A DNA stretch of 64,000 nucleotides from assembly GCF_028641065.1 (NCBI RefSeq), contig NC_073380.1, positions 81,282,001 to 81,346,000 of the forward strand, given 5' to 3'. Shown one piece after another: positions 36,445 to 50,353 of this stretch. The DNA is from Leucoraja erinacea (Eukaryota). The translations under genes and the position numbers were made by a program. How positions within the stretch are numbered: position 1 is the first letter of the stretch; every line of letters starts with the position of its first letter. A model generated the notes under the pieces. It was not told the DNA's origin. It ran no database searches and saw only the letters and a list, made by a program, of their open reading frames with translations.

Positions 36445-38727
36445 TATAGAAAGCAGGTGCAGGAGTAGGCCTTCGAGCCTGCACCGCCATTCAACATGAT
36501 CATGGCTGATCATCCAACTCAGTATCCTGTACCTGCCTTCTCTCCATACCCCTTGATCCCTTTACCACAAGGGCCACATCTAACTCCTTCTAAATATAGC
36601 CACTGAGACTGGCCTCAACTACCTTCTGTGGCAGAGAATTCCACAGATTCACCACTCTGTGAAAAATGTTTTTCTCATCTCGGTCCTAAAAGATTTCCCC
36701 CTTATCCTTAAACTGTGACCCCTTGTTCTGGACTTCCCCAACATCGGGAACAATCTTCCTGCATCTAGCCTGTCCAACCCCTTAAGAAATTTGTAAGTTT
36801 CTATAAGATCCCCCCTCAATCTTCTAAAAATTCTAGCGAGTACAAGCCGAGTCTATCCAATCGTTCTTCATATGAAAGTCCTGCCATTCCAGGAACCAGT
36901 CTGGCGAACCTTCTCTGTACTCCCTCTGTGACAAGAATATCTTTCCTCAGATTAGGAGACCAAAACTGTACACAATACTCCAGGTGTGGTCTCACCAAGA
37001 CCCTGTACAACTGCAGTAGAACCTCCCTGCTCCTATATTCAAATACTTTTGCTATGAATGCTAACATACCATTCGCTTTCTTCACTGCCTGATGCACCTG
37101 CATGCCTACTTTCAATGACTGGTGTACCATGACACCCAGGTCTCGTTGCATCTCCTCTTTTCCAAATTGGCCACCATTCAGATAATAGTCTACTTTCCTG
37201 TTCTTGCTTCCAAAGTGGACAACCTCACATTTATCCACATTATACTGCATCTGCCATGCATTTGCCCACTCACCCAACCTATCCAAGTCACCTTGCAGCC
37301 TCCTAGCATCCTCCTCACAGCTAACACTGCCCCCAGCTTCGTGTCATCTGCAAACTTGGAGATGTTGCATTCAATTCCCTCATCCAAATCATTAATATAT
37401 ATTGTAAATAGCTGGGGTCCCAGCACTGAGCCTTGCAGTACCCCACTAGTCACTGCCTGCCATTGTTAAAAGGACCCGTTTACTCCTACTCTTTGCTTCC
37501 TGTCTGCCAGCCAGTTCTCTATCCACATCAATACTGAACCCCCAATACCAGGTGCTTTAAGTTTGTATACTAATCTCTTATGTGGGGCCATGTCGAAAGC
37601 CTTCTGAAAGTCCAGATATAACATATCCACTGGTTCTCCCTTATCCACTCTACTAGTTACATTCTCGAAAAATTCTATAAGATTCATCAGACATAATTTA
37701 CCTTTCATAAATCCATGCTGACTTTGTCCAATGATTTCACCACTTTCCAAATGTGCTGCTATCCCATCTTTAATAACTGACTATCATTTTCCCCCACTAC
37801 CGATGTTAGACTAACTGGTCTGTAATTCCCCGTTTTCTCACTCCCTCCCTTTTTAAAAAGTGGGGTTACATTAACTACCCTCCAATCATCAGGAACTACT
37901 CCAGAATCTAAAGAGTTTTGAAAAATTATCACTAATGCATCCACAATTTCTGGGGCTACTTCCTTAAGTACTCTGGGATGCAGCCTATCTGGCCCTGGGG
38001 ATTTATCGGCCTTTGAACCATTCAATTTACCTAACACCACTTCCCGACTAACCTGGATTTCACTCTGTTCCTCCATCTCGTATGACCCCCGGTCCCCTGC
38101 TATTTCTGGAAGATTATTTATGTCTTCCTTAGTGAAGACAGAACCAAAGTAGTTATTCAATTGGTCTGCCATGTCCTTGTTCCCCATGATCAATTCACCT
38201 GTTTCTCAGTTTTTATGTTCCCTGCCAGTTTTCTTTCATAATCTACTTTCCCTTTCCTAATTAAGCCCTTTGTCCTCCTCTGCTGGACTCTGAATTTCTC
38301 CCAGTCCTCTGGTAGGCTGCTTTTTCTGGCTAATTTGTATGCTTCATCTTTTGATTTGATACTGTCCCTGATTTCCTTTGTTATCCACGGATGCACTACC
38401 TTCCCTGATTCATTCTTTTGCCAAACTGAACAATTGTTGTAGTTCATCCATGCAATCTTTAAATGCCTTCCATTGCATATCCACCGTCAACCCATTAAGA
38501 ATCAATTACCAGTCTATCTTGGCCAATTCACGTCTCATACCCTCAAAGTTACCTTTCTTTATGTTCAGAACCCTTGTTTCTGAATTAACTATGTCACTCT
38601 CCATCCTAATGAAGAACTCAACCATATTATGGTCGCTCTTGCCCAAGGGGCCACGCACAACAAGACTGCTAACTAACCCTTCCTCATTACTCAATACCCA
38701 GTCTCGAATAGCCTGCTTTCTCGTTGG
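36445..38727 (-). mobile_element. CR1 LINE, 5'-truncated (~2.3 kb)
   Basis: LGKSDHN, PWITKEI, KSPGPD.LHPRVLKE, GNYRPVSLTSVVG, FADDTKL and LVRPHLEYCVQFWSP across several frameshifted ORFs. Confidence 0.93.
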
Positions 38728-39599
38728 TTACGTTGGTTTAGAAAACTTAACTCTTTAAGTTTAGAGGAAGCATCTCAACCCAAAACTGTCCATTTGAACT
38801 AGACATTGTCTGTCTATTCTCTTTTGCATCCACTTACATTGGGGGCAATTTACAGCAGCCAGTTAATGAATCAACATAGCTCATGGGATGTGAAATTGAA
38901 GCACCTGGAGGAAACCCAAACTGCCAAAGAAAGAGCATTAAAACTCCTCACGGACAACACTGATGGCTTAGGATCAGATTGGACTCCACAGGCAGCATGC
39001 ATGGCCTCACATATACCTCTGAATCCTGAACTGCTACAGCAGGTGTCACAAGAAAAAATAAAACCGAAGGCTTCTTCGCAATGTCCGTCCATTTGGCCGG
39101 AATGGTAAGTGACTAATGGCAGTGTCCTCTCCCAGGCCCACACCCCATATCACAGGCCCAAGATCAGACCTATTGGGCCAGCCACTGCATTCAAGGATCT
39201 GAGGACAAATTGTCAGAAGAGGCTCTATTCTGTACTCTGCACGGGAAGAGATTATCAGGTGGATGGAAGAGGAGACGCAAGGATGTGGTAAAAAACCACC
39301 ATAAAGGAATGCAACTTCCCCACTGACATCTATGGATCTGTAGCAAATGACTGCTCAAGATGGGGAATGACCATTTGGGTTGCATTGAAAACCTCAAGGC
39401 CATGCACTGGGTCTACACAGAGACACTGTGTAAATTGCAACACCTCATAAACTGCCCACCCCACCTGCCCTGTCAGCCACCTCCGGCCTCATTAGCCACC
39501 TCAAAACCCACAAAATAAGAATGCCACCGAGTGGACCACAACCCTAGGGGACTGCCTGAGGAGAACGTGAAGAGGTGATCATTGGCATTTATTTTGTTT

Positions 39600-39781
39600 A
39601 AGAAGGAACTGCAGATGCTGGAGAATCGAAGATACACAAAAAAGCTGGAGAAACTCAGCGGGTACAGCAGCATCTATGGAGCAAAGGAAATAATGAAGGG
39701 TTTCGGCCCGAAACGTTGCCTATTTCCTTCGCTCCATAGATGCTGCTGCACCCGCTGAGTTTCTCCAGTTTTTTTTGTACC
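39600..39781. repeat. Fold-back short repeat of Penelope-like pLTR type (family also at ~440-720, 2655-2880, 6880-7080, 7400-7570, 21270-21810, 24270-24430, 24885-24980, 27063-27205, 30025-30100, 31045-31130, 44355-44430, 46590-46690, 62500-62680)
   Basis: Consensus aaaatgctggagtaactcagcggg.caggcagcatct.tggag..aaggaataggtgacgtttcgggtcgagacccttcttcagactg, often as inverted pairs. The Penelope assignment is inferred. Confidence 0.7.
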
Positions 39782-41309
39782 ATTGGCATTTATTTATTGG
39801 GTTCATGGTTCAAATCATAATTTATGGAAACTTCATACTTAGTCCTGGGGCACTGTAAAACATGGTTCTAATCAGTCATTTATATTTTGCATCCAACTTC
39901 ACTTCCACAGGGGTGTGGACTATTTTGATTTTGTGATGCATCTGGAGATGAAATCCAGAGTCTACCAGCCTCCTTCATACTGAAAGATCCCAGCACAGCA
40001 AGTCTCCTCACATCAACACAATGAGGAAATGAAATGTGTGTTGTGTTTTTAGACCAAAGCATGACTTCATGTGCAAGTAATCCGGCAGATAGGTGCAGAG
40101 AAAGCTTCCATCATATTAGTGGCAATGATTACATCAGCTGAAATATTCTATCAATATAGTCATCAGCCCATTTGGTCTTGTCACCTACTGCTCAGTTGTA
40201 CATCTGGAAGGCACATTTTTCACAGTTTATCATGGAAACCATTAATACAAATCCAGAATTAGATTATCCCAAAAGCACCAATCTCTGCCTCAACCCCTCT
40301 CTAAACACACTCCATGCATCAATATTCCCGAGTGTGAAAAATTATTTCATAATCATCACATCTCCATTACTATTCCACACTATTTAGGTAAGAATTTTAT
40401 ATTCAAGACTCTGACAATAACATCGCAGCCAGAGGAAATGACTATTTTCCATCATTTAAAATCTTGGTTAAAATGCTTTCTGTGGGAATAGAACCAGCCC
40501 CAACTTCTTTTCAGCGGGCTTCCTCAAAGTGAGCACCCTGATGAATTAATACGACATATTAACATTAATATTCCTTGTATATTGGAGCATGCCAAATAGT
40601 TAATGAGAACTGTTTCCTAATAAACGCTAATACCCAGTACTCATCCATGATATGCTATAACTGACACAGTTCCTAATACCCTAACGCTGATGGTTTGTTC
40701 TTGATAGCACAGCTGAACCCTGTCTCTGAGACCCTTCCCATAATACTTTGTAGCTGGGACCCTGATACTCTGGACCTAAAAACCTGCAACCAGTACCCAG
40801 TCCCTGATAATGCGTACCAATATTATAACCAGCTGATACCATTGCTTGATTATTGTACACCCTTTATCCAAATATCTGTACCTAACACATTGCACCTGGT
40901 TCAGTGTACTTGGTACCTGAAACCCTAAATCTGCTTCTACTGTTCCTGCTGGTCCTTATCGCTACACAATGCTTCCTGCCTTTTAGTAAGTCCTCTATTT
41001 ATGGCAATATCATGGGCACTTATTTTGTGATTTAACCTTTTGTGAGGTAATTTTGTCAAATGGCTTCTGGGAACCCTAAAAAATATCTACTGATTCCTTC
41101 TATGCATTCTTCCTCAAAAATGTCAATTTTTGTCAGGCTTTCTCAAAAAATGTCAATAGGTTGATAGCTTACTAATTCCCCTTCTTTCCCTGATGATAAC
41201 CCAGAGGACAGGGTTTTTTTTAGGATCCAATAGCGAAAGGTTAGAAAGTTCAAAAGAAAAGAGTAAATAGATTTTGGGAAAAAGCATGTTTGTGATATCA
41301 AAACAGACG

Positions 41310-42350
41310 CTAAGCATTTCTATATATAAATAGGAAGAAAGTGTCTAACATAAGTGTGGAACCTCTAGAGAGATGCTGTTGAATTAATAACAGGAAACAA
41401 ATAATGGCATATATATGATATATCATTTTTTGACATCAGTCTTCATCACAGAGGACACTCTAAATATCCCATAGATAAAAGATTGACCAAGTTCAAGTGA
41501 CATGGAGGAACTTGCAATAATTCAAGGAACTCGCAAGGCAAAAGGCAAACAAATTGCTGGGACCTGATGGCTTAGTCCTAACAATTTAAAGCAATTTAGA
41601 GACACTGGACTTATTGGTTGAACATTTTCAGAACTCATTAGCTTCATGGAGGGAACCAGAAAATTGGAAAACAGCCAATGAGACTGTGTTCAAGACTGAC
41701 AATGGTGAAGCATAGGGCAATTGGTTTATCACCTTTTGCTGGAAAGATGTTAGAGTTAAAAATCAAAAAGCAAATAACTGATCATTTTCAAAAGACCAAT
41801 AGCATCAAACTGCACCATCATGACTTTATGAAAGGTAAATCATATTTGATAAATTTGCTCACAATCATTGACATTGTTACAGGGAGAGTTCATAAAACGG
41901 AATGTGTAAATAGAGAGGTGTATATGGATGTATATTTAGATGTCTAAAGTGCATTTGACAAAATGCTATATAAGAGGCTGATGCATAAATTAAAAGGCCA
42001 AAGTATTGGAGGAAGTGTGTGATCATGGATTGAAAACCGGTTGCCTCATAGAAAGCAGGGAAATGGATCACTTTCAGACTGGAATAAAATAACTGGTGGT
42101 TCCCCAGGGATCATTAATCAGCCTGCAATTGTCCAGTATTTGCATGTGACCCAGAGGAAGGAATGATACCGTTTTTTAATGATACAAAACTAGGTGGTCA
42201 GGAATGTTGTAATAAAAACACTGTGATTGTGCAACTAAATAGATTGAGTGAATTTATGAAAACCTGGCAAATGGAATTTAATGTCTGGAAGTGTGAAGCT
42301 GTGCACATATGTGAGAGAAATCAAAAGGCTAATTGTTGGCTAAATAGGAG
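41310..42350 (+). mobile_element. Highly degenerate CR1 fragment
   Basis: HHDFMKGKSYLINL, MDVYLD, NDTKLGG and WQMEFNVWKCE. Confidence 0.75.
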
Positions 42351-42433
42351 AAATGGCAAATGCATGTTCAGAGATGTTCCAATTGCCTCTCACTTTTATT
42401 TACCCGGCTTTCCACCTTGTATTACGTCCTTGC

Positions 42434-42465
<32 letters not shown>

Positions 42466-42879
42466 AGGATCCTTGCTAACAAGCCTGCAAGAACATCATC
42501 CCAGTTTCACTTGCACAAGACCCACCTTCCCCAGAAGCAGCTCCAGTGTCCCACGAATCTTTTGTGTGCCTGACACACTGAAATTGTTGCCCTGATAACC
42601 AAAATATAATCCATGTGAATCGTATCTTGATGCTGATACCCAGTGCCAGGTTACTGTCCACGATGTGGTAAGCGTTATACTCTCTACCTTATACACTATA
42701 TCCGGACACTGTGTACCCGATATGATGTCTTATGCCAATTATCTTGTAAGTGCAATTCTGTGTCCACCAGCCTCCAACATACACTGCAATGGTTAAACTG
42801 AGCGGGCATATACATCAGCTGAATCCTGTAGGTGACACCATGAATCAGATACTAAAATCAGTCTGTTGGAGGAACTGTC

Positions 42880-43620
42880 AGCGTCCCCACCCGCGCCGCC
42901 TGTTTGTTGACGCGCTGGTGCGACTTTTCACAGCAGCTCCTGTGGATAAAGCGGCCACCAGCCCGCCCCTCCCGCACTCCCTCTCCAGCCAGGCCAGCTC
43001 GTAGCTGCTTCCCTCCCTCCCTCCCTCCCTCTCTTGCCGCCCGTCTGCTTGCTGTGTGTGCCCGCCCGGGACTCGCTCTGTGCCGCCGGCTGGCCTCCTG
43101 TCGATGGCTCCATGCTCGCATTCGCTCCTCCTCAGAGTGGCTTGGCTTCTCCTGGTGAACGGCGCCGGGGTCCGAGCGCACGGTCAGTCCGCACCTACAC
43201 CGCTGGGTTTGTGAGCGGCAAGCTCCTGCACCATAATGTGACAAGTTACACGGTATTTGGGAGGTGTTGGGTACTCGAGGCTCGGCTGGGTGAGAATGTT
43301 ATTACATTCATGGTGTCAAAGCTCCCGGATCCCAGCGACTCACCGCGGGAAATTGCGCCTCTTTGCCGGCTCCGTGTCCGGTCGCTTCACTCTGTGTCTT
43401 TCGCCGTTCCCGGTCGTGTTGACCACCCCTTTTGTCCCTTGTCTAGAGGTGAATTCCCCGTGGGGCGCGCCGCGTCGTGTCGTGTCGTGTCGGCCATTTG
43501 GCCCATCGGGAGCGTTAACGATACACCCAACTAAGGTGGCGTTTTAAATGATTTCACTCTCGAGAATAACGGCAGCGACTCCAATCTCTGCACATCGCGG
43601 AACCGATTCCATCCCTGGGA
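42880..43620 (+). promoter_or_regulatory. CpG island / promoter and first exon region of SUSD5
   Basis: Locally GC- and CpG-rich with GC-box-like CCCGCCC motifs around the ATG at 43104. Confidence 0.7.
43104..43182 (+). CDS. SUSD5: SUSD5 coding exon 1 (signal peptide)
   Basis: MAPCSHSLLLRVAWLLLVNGAGVRAH+G followed by donor GTCAGT, inside a CpG island. Resembles the remembered SUSD5 signal-peptide end (..VRADG), and the phase joins exon 2. Confidence 0.85.
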
Positions 43621-45368
43621 TCTATCCATCCGCAAAAAAAAAGCAAAACTGGCAACAGATGCTGGGTATCTGAAATTTTAAAAAAATCAGAAGATGCTGG
43701 AAACATTCAACAGGCTGGCCAGCATCTGTGGAGAGAGAAACATAGTTAATAGTTTAGGTAGAGATATTTAATAGTTAATAGAGTAAATAGTTTAGGTACT
43801 GTGGTGACCAAGGGTGTTGTGCCAGAAACGTTGACTCCGCTTCTCTCCCCACAGTCCTGCCCTCTCTCACTCACCCCGGCACCCAATCCAGACTTGTTGC
43901 TGTTTAATACAATCACAAAACGTACTAACATAGCCCAGAGTCCAGGAACATCGCGGCCAATTCTACTGCTTAAATCGGTTCTGTCCTCCCGCGACCTCAG
44001 GACGGGCGTGTCTCCAAACTCCAAACCCAATCCACGCCGAACAGAAATGAATCAGTTGAATCCTTTCCACCCACCCGCCCGAGTGTCACAGCACTCTGCT
44101 CTCGAATTAAGGCGAGCTACCTACCCATCGTTACCCGTGGACCCATAAATCTAGCTCCGATGATATATTCTCGCTGGTCTCTGCAAATCCTCATCTCCAC
44201 CATGTCAACTCGTTAAATCCACACAGTTCGTTCAAAGCCTTCTTTAATGCAGGGCTACAACCTGGTGGCCAGCTATGTTGCCCATAACAATCCTTCATTC
44301 CCGAATTGTGCAGACGCGCCTTTCAGAAAACGCCTTTCCCCCGACTCAGTCTTAGTCTGAAAAAGGGTCTCAATCTGAAACGCCAGAGATGCTGCCTGAT
44401 CCGCTGTTACTCCAGCTTTTTGTGTCTTTCTGTCTATTTTCAGAAAAGTTTGTATGTTAGTGTAAACCTCTGAAGTAGCGATTGATTTGGGAATATTTAT
44501 TTTTGAATCTACTTGTGTTGAACACTTCCAAGCGTTTCTTAATATTTGAAAGGGATAATGAGATTAAATCGGTTTACGAAGAACTTGGGCGATTGCTAAC
44601 CTGTTTTTCCACGCGCTAAAATAACCGAGCACAATAAAAGAACAAGTGCAGAAGGAACAGAGGGTCAGGCAGCATCTGTGGAGGGAATAGACGGCCGCAG
44701 TTTGCATTCGACCATTACATGTGCCTGCCAATTGAAAAACTTATACAGATTGTGTACTTGCTACTTTTTAGGCCGCAATTTCATTTTGAATCTTAAATGA
44801 CAGAAAGCCCACTTTAACTGAGAGAGAACAAAATACGAGTGATGAGCTTCGTCTGTGAAATAGAAAGAACCATTTTCACAGCATCGTTCATCGCCATGGG
44901 ATACCCCAAAGTTTAACAATGGGGGGAGTGCGCTTGATGTGTGTCAGCATCGCTACGATGTACTAATCGCCTCCTAAGGTCTCATGTTGTGCTTAAGAAA
45001 ACCGCTGCGCTGTCACTTTCCGCGCGCCCGAGAGAACACAGTGCCTCCCCCCTCTGGGCTGCGCGCATTGTGAGTAGGACTTGAATCCACCACCTCTGAA
45101 TCACAAACGTGACACAAGAACATAGTGAGGATGGACATGAGGGACTAGGATAATGCTGCAACGTTGGGCAGAGTTTGGAGATGGGCAGAGTGGCTGGAGA
45201 TGGATTGTAGATGAGAAGAGGGATTGGCATTGGGCAGATGGATTGTAGATGGGCATATAGGTTGGGCAGAAAGACTGGAGGTGGGCAGAGGGGTTGGGGT
45301 TTGGGGATGATTCTCAGCCAGCCCATGGATGTGAAATGGGACACTACTTGTTGCTTTTCTCATCACAG

Positions 45369-45546
45369 GCAGAATGTTTGTACTACAACCGAAGAATGGG
45401 ACCATGCAATGGGACATCTCTGCAGCCCAGGGACTGTGCGTGGAGCAGGGGGCACGCTTGGCCACAGCTGAAGAGCTGCAGAGAGCAGTGGATGAATGTG
45501 CATTCACAGAATGTACCTCAGGCTGGATTGCAGACAATCAAATCGG
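45369..45546 (+). CDS. SUSD5: SUSD5 coding exon 2 (Link domain, first half)
   Basis: CAG acceptor and GTAAGG donor, 178 nt: GRMFVLQPKNGTMQWDISAAQGLCVEQGARLATAEELQRAVDECAFTECTSGWIADNQIG, a Link-module pattern (C..GA.LAT...L......C..GW). Not in the ORF track. Confidence 0.93.
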
Positions 45547-45599
45547 GTAAGGAAAAGTTGGTTGGCGAATAACTGGTGTTGGAGAAACACCAAGTCCAA

Positions 45600-46480
45600 G
45601 CAATGTGACAAGGATCTCTGGAGATCCAAGGGCTTGGAGTTCTAGTGAGTGTGAAGAGCTCCATTCTATCTACCACAGTGCAATGCATGAATGGTTAAGT
45701 GTCATGAGAATTGCAACCATCTTGAGCCAGAGATTGCCAAGTGTCTCGAGTTCCTTCTGAGATCGATCAACACAGAAACTGGTCTCCAGCCAATTTCATT
45801 CACCTCATTTGATATCAAGTGATGCACTAAAGGCTCTGGGACCAGATAACATCACTACTGTAGTCCAGGAGACTGGTGCTCCAGAATTACTTGCAACTCA
45901 TCCACGTTCTTCCTGTACAGTTAAAATTGGTTCTATCCAACAATGTAAAACGTTGTAGAGAAATGTCTTGTTAACAACAAATCAGCTCAATCAGTCCACA
46001 TTCAGTATCAGCAAAGTAATAAACAGTGCTATCAACCAGTGCCTTCTCACTAATAACCTGCTCACAGATGCCCAGTTTGTGTTTCACCAGGACCTCTCAG
46101 CTCCAGAACTCATCACAGTCTTGGTCAAAATGATGATCCGAGATCTAAGTTAAGGAGAGAGCGACTGCCCCTGACACCAAGGCAGCATTTGAAGAAGTAT
46201 AGTATCAAGGTCCCTTGGTAAAATCATGGTCATCAAAGGTTGAAGTTATAATTGACACAGAAGTTGTGGGTTTCAGAGTCAGTTATTGCACCTTGAGAAC
46301 ATCACTGCAGTGTTGTTCAGGGCAGTGTTCTGTGCCCAAGCAGGCCCAGTCATCTTCAACAACATGATTGACATTTCTGCAGTCACAGGATCAAAGGTGT
46401 GGATGTTCCTTGATGATTGAACAATGTTCAATCCCACTCACAGCTCCTCAGCAAATGAAGCTGCCCGTGATATGGAATGG
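45600..46480 (+). mobile_element. Ancient CR1/L2-type RT remnant in SUSD5 intron 2
   Basis: NNLLTDAQFVF..DLSAPELIT and degenerate ITA.V.QGSVL.P motifs. Confidence 0.55.
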
Positions 46481-47839
46481 CCATGCATTAATGCATCACT
46501 GATGCATGGGATTGCTGCATTAATGCATCACCAGTGATGTGGGGTGCTCATACTCCCATGTACGAACAATGCATAGGATGTAATCTCCCGAAGATAGACA
46601 CAAAAAGCTGGAGTGACTCAGCGGGACAGGCAGCATCTCTGGAGAGAAGGAATAGGTGATATTTTGGGGTTGAGACACTTCTTCAGACTGGTGTCTGAAA
46701 TAACGAAGCAGAGTTGTGCACATTTGTTTAATAGAAGATACATTATGTCATTGTTCACATGAATAAAGTTGATCACTAGCTCTGGACTAGTAAGTGCCAA
46801 ATGTATGGACAGTGACTGAATAGCCTCATGTTTCTTCAGTCTCAGCACAATGTTTTTCAGTGTCAACTCTTAACACTGTTGGATGAAAATCAGCAAAGTG
46901 ATAATGTCCTCATCAGTATTTAGATCCTATCTGAAGATGTACTGTGATGACAGCACAAAATACCACTGCAATTTTTATTGCTCCATAAGCCGTTAAAGTG
47001 ACTCACCAACATGTCAATGCCATCTCAGTTCTTCCAACATCGTGCCTATCATTGAGTCCTCAATCTTGGAATGTTATTTATGTAGTGAGAAATGAACTCA
47101 TTTTTAGATTTAATAGGATGGGCAATGACGGAGAATGGTATCACATATCAACAATTTTGTCATTCGAATATCAGAAAAAAGTGGAATCAGATCCAACGCA
47201 GCGTGCATATCCAGTTTGCATTATTTACATGCTGTGTTTATGTAGGGAATAATCTTACCTTGCCAATAACATTTTAAATTAAATTTTGGTGGCAGGCTCA
47301 CTCTTTACTTGAAAAACAAAAGTGACCTGTTATATTCTGCCAAGGCTGGAGAGATCTGATCAAAGATCTAAAACTGTGTCAAAGTTTTCTATTAAGCATT
47401 GAAAACTCTCATGGGAACAGATTTAGAAGCTGAATAACCCCCCAATTTCTTGAGAATATTTCAATGATTCCCTGGCCATCTGACAATATCTAGTTGTCAG
47501 ATTGTGAACAGCTCTAAGATGTGTACATGTTTTGTGGGTCGGACCAATCTCTGATCATTCAGTCTCATTTCTCGGAAAATGTTAACAAAGGGTGAAGTTT
47601 CTTTGGTGTCAGAGGTCAGGTTTATTCTCATAGCGGGTCACAATATACTTCTCCTTAATCTTTATCTGCTTGTTTTGTTCATAACATTAATTCTGCCTTC
47701 TCTGGTGAATGACATTTCTTTCAATAGAAATACTGCTCCTTAATAATTCAATCAAAACTATTCTGGATTTTGAATTAAATTGTAAAGTTAGATCCGACAG
47801 AATTTCTTATAGTGAAGGTTCGAGTGTGTCAGTGAATTA

Positions 47840-48312
47840 CATAGAAACATAGAAAATAGGTGCAGGAGGAGGCCATTCGGCCCTTCGAGCCAGCACTGCC
47901 ATTCATTGTGATCATGGCTGATCATCCCCTATCAATAACCCGTGCCTGCCTTCTCCCCATATCCCTGGACTCCATTAGCCTCTAGAGCTCTCTAACTCTC
48001 TCTTAAATCCATCCAGTGACTTGGCCTCCACTGCCCTCTGAGGCAGGGAATTCCATAAATTCACAACTCTCTGGGTGAAAAAAGTTTTTTCTCACCTCAG
48101 TCTTAAATGATCTCCCCTTTATTCTAAGACTGTGGCCCCTGGTTCTGGACTCGCCCATCATTGGGAACATTTTTCCTGCATCTAGCTTGTACAGTCCTTT
48201 TATAATTTTATATGTTTCTATAAGATATCCCCTCATCCTTCTAAACTCCAGTGAATACAAGCCTAGTCTTTTCAATCTTTCCTCCTATGACAGTCCCGCC
48301 ATCCCAGGAATT
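47840..48312 (-). mobile_element. CR1 3' fragment
   Basis: LGLYSLEFRRMRG.LIETYKIIKG plus tail. Confidence 0.88.
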
Positions 48313-50353
48313 AGTCTGATGGACATTTCACCTCTGTTAGTTGTGTCAGATCTGAATAGTTGAATAGTTTCGTCTAAAGAAATGTACAAATAGCTCAATC
48401 TGACTCAATCTGTGGATGGTAAACATGTTCACTGAGCCTGCAGCAGAGAACATGTTTGGAGGGTGAAAATTAAGACTTGGCTAGCGGTGAACCTGGAAGG
48501 AGCAGCTGTAGTTGAGTGGCTGTGCAGAAGCAGATACAAGGCAGAAAAGTAAGCTCTATTTCTGTCCTGACCTGCCTCTGCAGCCTCTGTGGGATAAGGA
48601 GATTGCAGATTTAATCTCTGGAAGTTCATGACCTTCACCCATAACCCCCCCCCCCCCCACCCCAATTAGGGAAAGTACCTTGAATCATCTCCCACCTGAT
48701 TTGGAACCAGTGACTCACACCAATGCTCCCTCCACAAAACACTCAGCGACATCACTACTTGAGCAATCTCCCACTTCCCTCCCCTCGACACACTTCAACG
48801 TATCTGCCAGATTTCCTGCCAAGTTCTGGTGGGAAGCCATGAGATACAACAAGGAAACTATTTCCCATCACTTGGAATAGTCTTAAAATGTTCCCGAATT
48901 AAGGATTAGCCCCTTGGACTTGCTGCGTGCAATTCTAGGTGTAAATATTTTTGTTGTTTAGCACTTCTATTGGTCTCATATAATAATAGTGTTCGACTGA
49001 TGTGGATACATCATCCAGCAGGATAATGAATGCTTTCTAAATATGGGGACCAGGCGGATGCATGGTTGAGTGGCGCAGTCATGCAGCAAGCAGGGCTACT
49101 CACTTATGGCTCCATTGACTTGGCTTTGATCCTGACTTCCTGTTGGTGTCCGGGTGAAGCTAGTACGTTCCCCCAGTGATGGCGTGTGTTTCCTCCTGGT
49201 GTTCAATTTACCTCACTTGTTGCACAGATTTGCTAGGAGGTTAAATGTCCCTGTAAATTATCCCCACAGAAGGAAGGGGGGGGGGGGGGGGGGGGGGGGG
49301 GGGAGGGAATAGGGAGCGCCACAGGTGACAGAGCATAAAGTTATGTGCGTACTAAGAAATAAGAAAAAGGAAATGAGATTTTTCTGCTCGGAGCCAGCAT
49401 GAGGCTCATGGGCCAAATGGCCCCATTTTTATAGTGTAATAATTTAATTAAGAGGAAGCAATAATGAAAGTTAGAAGGTGAGACAGTTGGGGATGCAAAG
49501 TCATGTCACCAGCCTTCTTGGAAAATATTCAAGACAATTTTGTGCCCAAACTGGAATTTTGTTTCTCACCTAAGGCAAGTTTCTGGGATCTATATTTTTC
49601 TTTATGTAGTCATGTCAATGTCTCTACAGCTAGGTAAGGAAGAATCCAAGCATAATGAATATTTTGTTCCACTTCTCCAAGTTTCTATTAAATCGTCACT
49701 AGACAAATCCCAGAGGAATCTTTACTTAACTCTCAGTGGGGTGGCTACATAGGGAAGAGTGGCAAGGCACCAACTTCTTTATAGGATACTTTATTTATGG
49801 AAGAATATACAGGCACTGGAAGCAATCCAGAAGAGATTTACTAGGCTGATTCCTGAGAGGGTTGTTGGATCACAAGTGGTTAAAGAAATTAGATCTATAT
49901 CTTTGGAATTTAGGGGAATTAGATTTTATTCCCCTATCTGTAAATTATTTAGTCATATAAGATGCCACATGAACTTCACATGATGGATGCCAATATATTT
50001 CTATTAGGAATGAGTCTTAGACAAGGGGACATGGTTAAAGGATTGGGGGTGGACATCTAAGAGTATGTAGGAACTTCTCACAGATTGATGAACCTCTGGG
50101 ATTTTATGCTGCAGAAGATCATGGAACATACGTCATTAGAAGTATTTAATGCGGAAGTTTTGAAAGATTAGGGAATTTACAGTCATAGGCAATTGACACT
50201 GAAGCAGAGTCTTGGGGCAGATAAAATGAGTGGTGGGGCAGGCTTGAGTGGCTGATTGGTCTTCCCTGTTCTATTTCCTTACATTCTTATGCTTTTAGGA
50301 TTTCAGTGGAGCCTCATTATGGAAAGTCGTCAGGTCAAGTGAAGAAAACATTA

